Counted from the stretch's first letter, positions 21,990 through 31,305 are shown. The stretch: 32,000 nt of DNA from Methanothermus fervidus DSM 2088 (GCA_000166095.1 CP002278.1:570001-602000), one strand, 5' to 3'. The notes: generated by a model from the letters alone, not told the origin. Numbers and translations are program-made.

Positions 21990-22666
21990 TTTATTACCAC
22001 GCCTTCTTTTGTTACTTTATATTTCCAACGTTTTTTAAATATTTCAGATGCTAAAGCTTCAACTTCTAACTCGTCGCCAGTTATGTGAATGATATTGTCG
22101 CACAATGCTTTTATCATGTTTTCACTCTTAGTTGCTGCTGAGCCTTCGTGATAACAAATCATGCTTGTGCCTTTAGCAGCTTTCATCCTCATGTTGTATG
22201 TGTACAACATTCTTAAGATACGTTTTTCATCGTTAAAAAGAATTAAATATGATAAAGAATCCATCACAACTCTGACATTTGATTTTACTTTTTGTAAAAT
22301 TAATGATAATTTTAAAATTAAACCAGTTATGTCATTTACTGATACAGAGAAATGATTAGGAAATGATAGTTTTTTTGGTTTTGAAGGTAAAATATCTATA
22401 ACAAATAATTTTCCTTCATTAAAAAAGGTTTCAAAATTGAAACCAAAATCCTTACTACTTTCTGCAATATTTTTCCAGGGAGATTCTGTATTTATCAAAA
22501 TACCTGATTCTCCTGCCTCAAGACCTGAATACAAAAAATGCCATGAGATTAATGTTTTTCCAGTTTTTGGAGGACCATATAATAATGTAGTAGTGCCTCT
22601 TGGAATTAACCCCCCTTCATGTAAAGAATTCATTCCCTGAATACCTATAGGAACTTTGTCAACCAT
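21986..22666 (-). CDS. KaiC/RadA-superfamily ATPase
   Basis: GMNSLHEGGLIPRGTTTLLYGPPKTGKTLISWHFLYSGL (Walker A) and VRVVMDSLSYLIL (Walker B). SD AAGGTGG precedes ATG 22666; the longer ORF to 22855 is an artefactual extension. Confidence 0.8.
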   Translation of the reverse strand: MVDKVPIGIQGMNSLHEGGLIPRGTTTLLYGPPKTGKTLISWHFLYSGLEAGESGILINTESPWKNIAESSKDFGFNFETFFNEGKLFVIDILPSKPKKLSFPNHFSVSVNDITGLILKLSLILQKVKSNVRVVMDSLSYLILFNDEKRILRMLYTYNMRMKAAKGTSMICYHEGSAATKSENMIKALCDNIIHITGDELEVEALASEIFKKRWKYKVTKEGVVIK

Positions 22667-22928
22667 GTAAACCACCTTAAGTAATAATATAATGTAAGAT
22701 ACCATAGATTGTACATGCATGTATTTATTTGAACAGAGTTTTAAAGATTTGATCTTTGCTTGTGAAATATTGTAGTACACATATAAAAAATTTTCATGCC
22801 GGGGGGAGAAATAAAATGTTATATTGTCTTTACTTAGGATCAGTGTTAATGTCAAAGAATAATTTTAAAACCATAATTATTTTAATTTTTCAAAACGGGA
22901 AAAATTTGATTCAAAAAAAATTTGAGAG

Positions 22929-23564
22929 ATGAGTATGAAAAATAAAAAAATGATTACTATTATTTTAAAAAAATTAAAAGAATTATATCCTGAGAAAATT
23001 AAACAACGAGATCCTTATAAAGTGTTGATAGAAACTATTTTATCACAACGTACAAAAGACGAAAATACAAAAAAAGCATCAAAAAAATTATTCTCTAAAT
23101 ATGATACCATAGAAAAAATTGCTAATGCACAAGAAAAAGATCTTGAAAAATTAATAAAATGTGTAGGATTCTATAGAGTTAAAGCCAAAAGAATTAAGAA
23201 AATATCTAAAATTTTAATAAATAAATATGATGGTAAAGTACCTAAAAATTTAAAAGAACTTCTAAAATTGCCAGGAGTTGGAAGAAAAACTGCTAATTGT
23301 GTGTTAGTTTATGGATTTAATGAGGATGCAATACCTGTAGATACACATGTTCATAGAGTTGCAAATAGAATCGGATTAGTTAATACAAAAACTCCTGAAG
23401 AAACAGAGAAAACCCTCAGGAAAATAATACCAAGAGATTATTGGAAAGAAGTTAACAAATTGTTTGTAGAATTTGGAAAGAATATATGTAAGCCAACTAA
23501 TCCTAAACATGAAAAATGTCCAATAAAAAAATTTTGTAAGTATGTGGAAAATCTAGAAGTTTAA
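22929..23564 (+). CDS. nth: Endonuclease III (HhH-GPD DNA glycosylase/AP lyase)
   Basis: VLIETILSQRTKDENT, LPGVGRKTANCVLVYGF, PVDTHVHRVANRIGLV, and CKPTNPKHEKCPIKKFC (4Fe-4S loop). Confidence 0.93.
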   Translation: MSMKNKKMITIILKKLKELYPEKIKQRDPYKVLIETILSQRTKDENTKKASKKLFSKYDTIEKIANAQEKDLEKLIKCVGFYRVKAKRIKKISKILINKYDGKVPKNLKELLKLPGVGRKTANCVLVYGFNEDAIPVDTHVHRVANRIGLVNTKTPEETEKTLRKIIPRDYWKEVNKLFVEFGKNICKPTNPKHEKCPIKKFCKYVENLEV

Positions 23565-25750
23565 GGTTTCAAAGCTGCTATCTTTTTTGCAAAAGATTCT
23601 AAAACTTTTTTAGAAAGACCTTCCACATATTTCATAGAACCAACGCCTTCATGTCCGCCACCGTCTATTGATGCTTCAGGTATTTCTTTTTTAAGTTCAG
23701 AAATAACTTTATTTAAGTTAAAACCCATTTCTTTGTATACAGTTTCTGTAGACCTAACAACAGCAAAATCAGGTCCATAAGCTAATGTAACAATCGGAGT
23801 GTTTTCACCTTTTTTTTGTACAAAATGATCATGCACAAAACCGCATGTTTTACCTGGAGCAGGAAACGTAAATTTATGTGAATATTTTTCAACGTCTAAA
23901 ACATTTAAAATAATACCATTTGGTAATTTACGTGATTTTACATGTGGTAAAGCAGCTTTTAATTGTTCTTTAACTTTTCGTTTATATTCATTGTACACGA
24001 TTTCCACTAATTTTCGTTGTTTATCAAGACCTGAAAATCCTAATAAGGTATCAATTATACCCCTACCATCTCTAAATCTCAAATAGAATGCTTCAAAATC
24101 TAAACATGCTGCAATTTTTTCAAGATCTTTTTTACTATATCCCTTGGATTCTGCAAGTTTTATGTATCTTTCTGCTTCTAAAGATTGTGATCGGTCACCT
24201 ACAGCTGCTATTCCTGGTATATGTAAAATCATGTCTTTTATTTTTGGATTAATCATTTTTGAGATTTCAGATGCTAATGCCCCAGCAGGTATTTCTGAAT
24301 CTCCCCCAACTAAATATGGATTAACATGTACATCCACATAATCATCTACTATAACTTTACCATCAACAACTTCTCCTGGATAATGATGATCCACTACCAC
24401 TGTTTCTAAGTCATATACTTTTGTTTTCATTAAAGAAACCAAGTCTTCCTCTGTGGATCCATTATCTAGTAGAATTAGCAATGGTAACTTTTGGTCGTAC
24501 CTTTCACAATCTTCCAATGCCATAGATAAATCTTTAACTACGTCTTCCAATTCATAAAATGGTGCCTTACTAGGTGATCTTCTGAAACAATGCCATTCTG
24601 CTTCTGGATCTGGATTTATTTTGCGTATTAATGGTAACACTGCTTTTTCAATTGCTACGCCAGCACATATTCCATCTGCATCTGCATGATGTCTAACCAA
24701 TATGGGTCTACCATCAAATATTGCCCGTCTTATTGTTCTTGCTGCATCAACAAGTTTTGGATGAAGTTTATTAAGAACATCGCTCTTTACATATAACTCT
24801 ATGTATTGAGGTTCAGCCCATTTTTCAATAGCTTCATTTATTAATTCTCTTACACGTGTAGCATCTTTACCAATTAATCTTTCCATTGATGCTACTTCTA
24901 TTTGCACTTTACCTCCATGCTGATTAACTGTGCCAATTACTTCAACAATATTACCTGTTTTGATGTGTGGATAGGCTCTTATACCTGGTTCATCAAATGC
25001 AGCTGCCCAAACAGTGTCAGTTTCATCTGCTATTGTGAAGAGTGTAGGTCCTGAAGTCTGCTGTACTTGTATAACTTCCCCCACAACCCTCACAGTTTTA
25101 CCTATTAATTTTTCATTGATATCTTTTGCTTTTGTCCTTTCAATTTCTTTTTTGACTTTAACTATCTCATAAGGTTTAGTAAGGGTTACTGGTTGAAGGT
25201 CAATCTCTCCTTTATGTGGCCTTACATCCAAAACTTTCACAAATACTTTTTGCCCTATTTCATAATTTTGAGGTATTACATCTTTCATTAATCCCCAAAC
25301 ACGATCATTAAGTTTTACAAACACTCCATATCTTTCTATTCTTCCAACTTCTCCTCTATATATTTTTTTAGCTTCAACATCCTCTATATCACATGCAGGA
25401 TGTAAAACATATACTGAAGTCTTTTTTTTACAGTCTGAACAATATTCTAAGCCAGGTTTAATAATTTTTCCACATTTTGGACATACGTTTATTTCACCTT
25501 TGCCTTTACATTTTTTACAAGTTTCTCGCACTTCTATTTCACCTTTACCATCGCATACATCACAGGGAATCCCATGTTCTTCGTCTAAATCAAATTTTTC
25601 TAAAGTATTTTTTGGGATTCCTTTAACATGTTCTTTCACGTTTTCAAAGTCTTTATAACCAGTTCCACCACATGCTTCACAAATCTTATAGTTTACTACA
25701 ATATAACCTTTCCCTTTACATTCTGGACATTTTCTTATCAAAACTTTCAC
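23561..25750 (-). CDS. Archaeal RecJ-like DHH protein with DnaJ-type Zn finger, S1 and OB-fold domains (COG1107 type)
   Basis: 729 aa; repeated CPECKGKG/CEACGGTG/CDVCDGKG/CKKCKGKG; S1-like GEVGRIERYGVFVKL; DHH motifs HHADADGICAG, DNGSTEED, VVDHHYPG; C-terminal DGGGHEG. Confidence 0.9.
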   Translation of the reverse strand: MKVLIRKCPECKGKGYIVVNYKICEACGGTGYKDFENVKEHVKGIPKNTLEKFDLDEEHGIPCDVCDGKGEIEVRETCKKCKGKGEINVCPKCGKIIKPGLEYCSDCKKKTSVYVLHPACDIEDVEAKKIYRGEVGRIERYGVFVKLNDRVWGLMKDVIPQNYEIGQKVFVKVLDVRPHKGEIDLQPVTLTKPYEIVKVKKEIERTKAKDINEKLIGKTVRVVGEVIQVQQTSGPTLFTIADETDTVWAAAFDEPGIRAYPHIKTGNIVEVIGTVNQHGGKVQIEVASMERLIGKDATRVRELINEAIEKWAEPQYIELYVKSDVLNKLHPKLVDAARTIRRAIFDGRPILVRHHADADGICAGVAIEKAVLPLIRKINPDPEAEWHCFRRSPSKAPFYELEDVVKDLSMALEDCERYDQKLPLLILLDNGSTEEDLVSLMKTKVYDLETVVVDHHYPGEVVDGKVIVDDYVDVHVNPYLVGGDSEIPAGALASEISKMINPKIKDMILHIPGIAAVGDRSQSLEAERYIKLAESKGYSKKDLEKIAACLDFEAFYLRFRDGRGIIDTLLGFSGLDKQRKLVEIVYNEYKRKVKEQLKAALPHVKSRKLPNGIILNVLDVEKYSHKFTFPAPGKTCGFVHDHFVQKKGENTPIVTLAYGPDFAVVRSTETVYKEMGFNLNKVISELKKEIPEASIDGGGHEGVGSMKYVEGLSKKVLESFAKKIAALKP

Positions 25751-25812
25751 CTCCAGAAATACAAATTTTTATAAAAGTGAATTTGGTATATACTGTTGAG
25801 AGAGGTGTAGAC

Positions 25813-26976
25813 ATGAATGACGCCAAGAAATTCATAATCCTCATGGGGATCGTAAGTTTATTTGCAGATATGACCTATGAAGGTGCAAAAGGAATTGCAG
25901 GACAATATCTAGCACTTTTAGGTGCAAGTGCTATAATTGTAGGATTTACTGCTGGATTTGGTGAATTGGCAGGATATGCTGTCAGATTTTTATCAGGATA
26001 TTTAAGTGATAAAACATTAAAACATTGGAGTATAACTTTTGTAGGATATTTCATAAATTTGTTTGCAGTGCCTCTTTTAGCATTTGTTAATAGATGGGAA
26101 CTTGCAACAATGCTTCTCATAGCAGAAAGAATAGGAAAAGGCATTAGAACTCCACCTAGAGATGCAATGTTATCTTATGCTACTGCACATACAGGAAGGG
26201 GATGGGGCTTTGGTATACATGAAGCTTTGGATCAAATAGGCGCTGTTCTTGGACCTCTTATCATGTTTACAGTTTTATATTTAAAAGGAAGTTACAAAAC
26301 ATGTTTTATTATTTTAGCATTGCCAGCTATATTATGTATCTCAATTTTAATAATTTCTTATTTTTTATACCCAAAACCTGAAAAACTTGAGATTGAAACA
26401 AAAATTGGTATAAAATCAATGAGTAAAGCATATTGGATATATGTAGCTGCAGCTTCACTAATAGCTCTTGGATTTGCGGATTTTCCACTAATAGCATATC
26501 ACATAAAACAAAATTTTATATTTTCAGATGAAATTATTCCGCTTTTGTTTAGTTTAGCAATGGCTATCGATGGTATATCAGCTTTAATATTTGGAAGAAT
26601 GTTTGATAAATTTGGAATAGTAATTTTAGCTGTATCCATACTTCTATCATCGTTTTTTGCACCTTTAACATTTCTTGGAGGGAGTATTTTAGTAATTATT
26701 GGAATATGTCTTTGGGGAATGGGCATGGGTGTTAATGAATCAATAATGAGATCTATGGTTACAATATTAAGTCCGAAAGAAAAAAGAGGATCAGCATTTG
26801 GAACATTTCACATGATTTTTGGTATTTCATGGTTTATAGGAAGTTTCATCATGGGGTTTTTATATGAGATTTCACTGGTTATTTTAGCCCTCTTTTCTGT
26901 AGCCACTCAGTTATCTTCTCTTATATTCATATATATCTTATATAAGATGAGTTACTCCACAGAGCTTCCTTCATAG
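25813..26976 (+). CDS. MFS transporter
   Basis: Multiple TM segments; RFLSGYLSDKT, ERIGKGIRTPPRDAMLSYA, GFGIHEALDQIGAVLGPL. AGAGGTG SD supports ATG 25813 rather than the ORF start at 25672. Confidence 0.82.
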   Translation: MNDAKKFIILMGIVSLFADMTYEGAKGIAGQYLALLGASAIIVGFTAGFGELAGYAVRFLSGYLSDKTLKHWSITFVGYFINLFAVPLLAFVNRWELATMLLIAERIGKGIRTPPRDAMLSYATAHTGRGWGFGIHEALDQIGAVLGPLIMFTVLYLKGSYKTCFIILALPAILCISILIISYFLYPKPEKLEIETKIGIKSMSKAYWIYVAAASLIALGFADFPLIAYHIKQNFIFSDEIIPLLFSLAMAIDGISALIFGRMFDKFGIVILAVSILLSSFFAPLTFLGGSILVIIGICLWGMGMGVNESIMRSMVTILSPKEKRGSAFGTFHMIFGISWFIGSFIMGFLYEISLVILALFSVATQLSSLIFIYILYKMSYSTELPS

Positions 26977-27010
26977 AGAAAACTAGCCTAAAGACAGTAT
27001 TCCTAGAGAT

Positions 27011-27046
27011 TTTCTTGTCGATAAAGTTAAAAATTTTAACAAGAAA
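27011..27046. terminator. Palindromic intergenic element between convergent genes, possible terminator
   Basis: TTTCTTGT...ACAAGAAA arms (27011-27018, 27039-27046) enclosing GTTAAAAATTTTAAC (27026-27040). Confidence 0.3.
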
Positions 27047-27050
27047 TAAT

Positions 27051-28562
27051 CTACCAAATGTCTACATAATTTCCACGGCTTGTATATCTAACGACTTTAA
27101 CAAATGTTCCTGGAGCAATATATTTATTTATTTCAACTATTTGTGGATTGCAATTGCCTATACTATATTTCAACTGTAAATTGATAGGCACGTAACTTTT
27201 TTTAACATTCGTTAGAATGAGAGTCGTACTCACTGCATAACTACTTGGATAATCACCTAAAATTATAACTTTCTTTTCTCCTGGGTTTAAGGTTAGTGAA
27301 TATTCATTATAAAAGATTTTTGAACCATTTATTGTGTCTGTATAAACACTTACATAATATTTAATGGTTGTTGGTGTTGAACCTTTGTTGGTTATGGTTA
27401 TTGAAAACTTAGATATATTTTCATTACATTTAGATACCCACTTTATTAAATTTAGGATAATGTTAGGTATCTGAGGATTTAATTCAGGATGTGGACCTAA
27501 TAATGCAACTCTTCCATTACCATAATTATCAACTATAATTGCGTTCCCTGAATATCTATCTAAATAAGTTGCAAGTGCTGTTGATCCAGTCATTACTGGA
27601 CCATTCCAGAACCATAAAGTTAAACAACCATTTAAATCTAAAATTTCTTTACCAATTTCAGTAATTTTCACAGTAATGTTACCAATATAAGATGTTGCCT
27701 GTGATGTTACTCCAGCTAATCCCCAACCATTGTAATAATCATCTTCTGTTACTACTAATGATGAGGCTGCAAATGCTCCAGCACAAATACCAATATAACC
27801 TTTCCCACTATAAACAAAATTTTTAATTGCAGCTTCTGAGATGTTTTCATTTTTAATGTAAGATCTTCCTGAGATTCCAGCAGGCATTATCAAAACATCA
27901 AAATCTCTAAGAGTGTCATAGGTTATTTTATCTATCTTAGAGAATGTAACTATAAATTTTTCAGTGTTTGTTGTTGAAAGACATTGGACTATCCCATTGA
28001 CACTTTCATCTAAAGCATCAGTACCATTATAAATAGCCACATTGATAATGGGAGTTAATGTGACATAATCTGGCAACTTTTTCTCTTTATCATATAGTAT
28101 GCATATATTAGCAAAGAGGTAAAGTAATGTGTGGTATGATATCTTCCCCAACTTACTGTTAGCATAATTTGGAGCTCTGGAATTATTTTCAACAAATGAT
28201 TGAATTCTTTTGGCAATATTTATATATTCCATTTTTGATAATGTGCCTTGTATGCATGCCCCCTGTGGATTTATAGGACTAGAAACATTGAAACTTTTTA
28301 TTTTAGTTTCTTCATTTTTGCCATTGTATAAACTTACTACACATTTTGTGCTCAAATATAAATATTGTTCAGATGTAACATTTACTTCTGAAATGTTAAT
28401 TGTCTTAGGCACCTTATGCATGTTTTCTATACTATATTTCACACTATATGATGCATTTATTACATCTTTAATCATGAATTCATCATTGTTTGCAGCTGTA
28501 ACTGAACTAACAGAACATACAATCAGCAAAATACAAAACACTATTACTGCTTTTAAATTCAT
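27051..28562 (-). CDS. Secreted protein with biotin-protein-ligase-N / class I GATase-like domain
   Basis: Signal peptide MNLKAVIVFCILLIVCSVSSVTAA; VLIMPAGISGR, nucleophile elbow GYIGICAGAFAASS, LLGPHPE; SD GAGGTGG. Confidence 0.7.
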   Translation of the reverse strand: MNLKAVIVFCILLIVCSVSSVTAANNDEFMIKDVINASYSVKYSIENMHKVPKTINISEVNVTSEQYLYLSTKCVVSLYNGKNEETKIKSFNVSSPINPQGACIQGTLSKMEYINIAKRIQSFVENNSRAPNYANSKLGKISYHTLLYLFANICILYDKEKKLPDYVTLTPIINVAIYNGTDALDESVNGIVQCLSTTNTEKFIVTFSKIDKITYDTLRDFDVLIMPAGISGRSYIKNENISEAAIKNFVYSGKGYIGICAGAFAASSLVVTEDDYYNGWGLAGVTSQATSYIGNITVKITEIGKEILDLNGCLTLWFWNGPVMTGSTALATYLDRYSGNAIIVDNYGNGRVALLGPHPELNPQIPNIILNLIKWVSKCNENISKFSITITNKGSTPTTIKYYVSVYTDTINGSKIFYNEYSLTLNPGEKKVIILGDYPSSYAVSTTLILTNVKKSYVPINLQLKYSIGNCNPQIVEINKYIAPGTFVKVVRYTSRGNYVDIW

Positions 28563-28596
28563 GTTTTTCCCACCTCGGTGAAAAAATAAAGTTTTT

Positions 28597-28633
28597 TCTA
28601 CTAATATAAAAACTTTTCCTTATATTAGATAGA
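28597..28633. promoter_or_regulatory. Extended inverted repeat (operator candidate) in divergent promoter
   Basis: TCTA-CTAATATAA (28597-28609), 10-nt spacer, TTATATTAG-A-TAGA (28620-28633); 9-bp perfect inner arms. Confidence 0.55.
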
Positions 28634-28645
28634 AAAATTTATAAT
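28634..28645 (+). promoter_or_regulatory. Predicted TATA box for the ABC-transporter operon
   Basis: AAAATTTATAATG-like A/T element about 60-70 nt upstream of ATG 28706. Confidence 0.45.
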
Positions 28646-28705
28646 GTAAAAATTGTGGATATTTTTATTCAAAGATTATGCTTGTTCAAAAATGGAGGCA
28701 TAAAT

Positions 28706-29653
28706 ATGGATAAGAAAATATTAGTGGTAATTGCAATAATAGCAGTGATAATAGCTGCCTATGGAATTTACAACTACACAGCACAGCCAAAAGGAGAAGT
28801 GGTCATTGGACATTTAAAAAGTGATCATCATGCAGCATTGTATGTTGCATTGGCAAAAGGGATGTTCGAGAAGGAAGGGATAAAAGTTAAAACAATAGAA
28901 TTCAAAGCTGGACCAGAACTTATGAGGGCTATTGCATCAAAACAAATAGATATTGGGTATGTAGGAACACCACCTGCTGTAACATCAATATCTAAAGGTG
29001 TACCTGTAAAAATAATTGCAGCTGTTAATGAAGAAGGTTCAGGAATTGTAGTTAAAAAAGGAAGTGGAATTCATAGCATCAGTGATCTTAAAGGAAAAAC
29101 CGTTGCAATACCAATGAAAGGTAGTATTCAGGATGTTTTATTAAAAATGGTACTAAAACAACATAACATAGATCCAAAGGATGTAAACATTGTTGAAATG
29201 GATGTACCTATGATGCCAAAAGCTTTACAGGCAGGTAGAATAGATGCATTTATTGCATGGGAACCTTATGTTACAATGGCAAAAATGAAAGGTTATGGAG
29301 ATGTACTAATGTATTCAAGTGAAATATGGAAGGACCATCCATGTTGTGTTGTAATAGCTAGAGACGATTTCATAAATAACAATCCAGAAATTGTCAAAAA
29401 ATTCTTGAAAGTTCATGTAGAAGCAACAAATTACATAATAGCACATAAAGATGAAGTTGCATCAATAATTTCCAAAAAATTAGGAACACCAGTAGATGTT
29501 GAGAAAGAAGCCATGACCCATATCAAATATACATCAGTGCCATCTCAGGACAATATAATGAAATTTGTTAAGATATTGAAACAAATAGGTTACATCAAAA
29601 AAGATCTTACAAAAGAAGATATTTTTGACTTAAGATATCTTCCTTCTTCCTAA
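28706..29653 (+). CDS. NitT/TauT (SsuA-like) ABC transporter substrate-binding protein, membrane-anchored
   Basis: N-terminal TM segment VVIAIIAVIIAAYGIY; VIGHLKSDHHAALYVALAKGMFEKEGI, ASKQIDIGYVGTPPA, DAFIAWEPYV; SD GGAGG before ATG 28706. Confidence 0.9.
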   Translation: MDKKILVVIAIIAVIIAAYGIYNYTAQPKGEVVIGHLKSDHHAALYVALAKGMFEKEGIKVKTIEFKAGPELMRAIASKQIDIGYVGTPPAVTSISKGVPVKIIAAVNEEGSGIVVKKGSGIHSISDLKGKTVAIPMKGSIQDVLLKMVLKQHNIDPKDVNIVEMDVPMMPKALQAGRIDAFIAWEPYVTMAKMKGYGDVLMYSSEIWKDHPCCVVIARDDFINNNPEIVKKFLKVHVEATNYIIAHKDEVASIISKKLGTPVDVEKEAMTHIKYTSVPSQDNIMKFVKILKQIGYIKKDLTKEDIFDLRYLPSS

Positions 29654-29689
29654 TTTTTTATTTTTAAGCATTTTTTTGGAGGTTTGTTA

Positions 29690-30442
29690 GTGAAAAAATA
29701 TTTAGAGATGACTTTGAGCCCATTGTTGGTAATAATTTTATGGTCATTGTTAACTTTCACAAATATAATACCTAATTATATCTTACCAAACCCAGGTGAA
29801 GTTCTTATTTCATTTTATACTCTAATAAAAAATGGTGAATTATTTGTCCATGCATATAATACGTTAATGAGAGTCGTTCTAGGATTTTTAATAGCTTCAG
29901 CAATTGCAATACCATTAGGCATTGGAATAGGATGGTCAGAAACAATTGAAAATATTTTTAATCCCCTCATACAAATATTAAGACCCATACCTCCCTTAGC
30001 TTGGGTACCTTTCGCATTAATATGGTTTGGTATTGGTCTTAAATCAGAAGTGTTTATAATATTTATCGGTTCTTTTTTCCCAATATTGCTTAATACAGTT
30101 GACGCTGTTAAGGGCGTTGAGAAAGTTTTCATCGAAAGTGCATATGTCTTAGGAGCCAATGAACAACAAATATTAACTAAAGTAGTATTACCAGGTTCCC
30201 TACCAGGAATTGTATTAGGTATGAGAGTAGGATTTGGTATAGGGTTTATGTGTACTGTTGCAGCAGAGATGATAGCCGCAAAATCAGGATTGGGTTATTT
30301 GATCATGGATTCTATGCGGCTCATGGACACTGGAACTATGCTTGTAGGTATCATAACAATAGGAATACTAGGTTTTTTAATCGACACTATATTTGCAAAA
30401 ATTGAAAAAAGAGAATTTAAATGGAGAGGAAAAACAACATGA
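29690..30442 (+). CDS. NitT/TauT-family ABC transporter permease
   Basis: IIPNYILPNPGEVLISF, PLIQILRPIPPLAWVPFALIWFGIG, EAAL-like segment ESAYVLGANEQQIL, PGSLPGIVLGMRVGFG; GTG 29690 favoured by SD GGAGG. Confidence 0.9.
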   Translation: MKKYLEMTLSPLLVIILWSLLTFTNIIPNYILPNPGEVLISFYTLIKNGELFVHAYNTLMRVVLGFLIASAIAIPLGIGIGWSETIENIFNPLIQILRPIPPLAWVPFALIWFGIGLKSEVFIIFIGSFFPILLNTVDAVKGVEKVFIESAYVLGANEQQILTKVVLPGSLPGIVLGMRVGFGIGFMCTVAAEMIAAKSGLGYLIMDSMRLMDTGTMLVGIITIGILGFLIDTIFAKIEKREFKWRGKTT

Positions 30443-31194
30443 TCATTGTTAAGAACCTTTCAAAGAAATTTGGAAACGTTAAAGTTCTAGATAATATAAA
30501 TTTAAAAATAAAAGATGGTGAATTTTTCTGCATTGTAGGACCTTCAGGATGTGGAAAAACAACATTGTTAAGAATTATCGCTGGATTAGAAAAACCTACG
30601 TCTGGAGAAGTTTATATCAACAGTGAAAAGGTAGGAAATCATAAATCTAGCTGTAGTATGGTATTTCAGCAATATGCATTATTTCCATGGAGAACTGTGC
30701 TAGAAAATGTAATGTTTCCATTAGAAATTCAGGGAATATCTGAAAGTAAGAGACGTAAAATAGCCGAAGAATATCTTAAGCTTGTGGATCTACAAGATTT
30801 CAAGGATGCATACCCTTATGAATTGTCAGGCGGTATGAAACAAAGAGTTGCAATCGTTAGAGCCTTAGTCAATGATCCTAAAGTATTATTGATGGATGAA
30901 CCATTTGCAGCTTTAGACATGCAGACAAGAAATTTCTTACAAAAAGAATTATCATATATCTGGGAAAAGACTTGTAAAACAATTGTTTTTGTTACACATA
31001 ATATTGATGAAGCTGTTTTTCTTGGGGACAGGGTAGCTGTTATGAGTGCAAGACCTGGAAGAATATTAAAAATATTTGAAGTAAATCTAAAAAGACCAAG
31101 GGACAGATTAGATGAAAAATTTTTGGAAATTAGAGGTAAAATACTTGATATTCTTGAAAAAGAAGTTAAGCGATCGATTGAAATAAAAATATAG
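30439..31194 (+). CDS. NitT/TauT-family ABC transporter ATP-binding protein
   Basis: GPSGCGKTTLLRIIAGLEKPTSG, LSGGMKQRVAIVRALVNDPKVLLMDEP, VTHNIDEAV; ATGA overlap with the permease stop. Confidence 0.93.
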   Translation: MIIVKNLSKKFGNVKVLDNINLKIKDGEFFCIVGPSGCGKTTLLRIIAGLEKPTSGEVYINSEKVGNHKSSCSMVFQQYALFPWRTVLENVMFPLEIQGISESKRRKIAEEYLKLVDLQDFKDAYPYELSGGMKQRVAIVRALVNDPKVLLMDEPFAALDMQTRNFLQKELSYIWEKTCKTIVFVTHNIDEAVFLGDRVAVMSARPGRILKIFEVNLKRPRDRLDEKFLEIRGKILDILEKEVKRSIEIKI

Positions 31195-31305
31195 TTAAAT
31201 TTGTTATTTTTGTTATTTACAGCTTTTTATTCTTGATTAAACAATATATAGAATAATCACCAAAAAATATTTTATTTGAGAATACAAATATTTGGAGAGA
31301 TTTTC

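Noticed and set aside
22667-22855. 63-codon N-terminal extension of the KaiC-like ORF
   Set aside because: A good SD (AAGGTGG) precedes ATG 22666; the extension crosses the promoter region and has no KaiC homology.
23561-25750. COG1107-type RecJ-like protein as a novel nuclease
   Set aside because: The domain combination (DnaJ-type Zn fingers, S1, OB, DHH) is a known conserved archaeal family; its convergent neighbour nth is also ordinary.
25672-25812. N-terminal extension of the MFS ORF
   Set aside because: It overlaps the divergent COG1107 gene start and shared promoter; the SD and membrane topology support ATG 25813.
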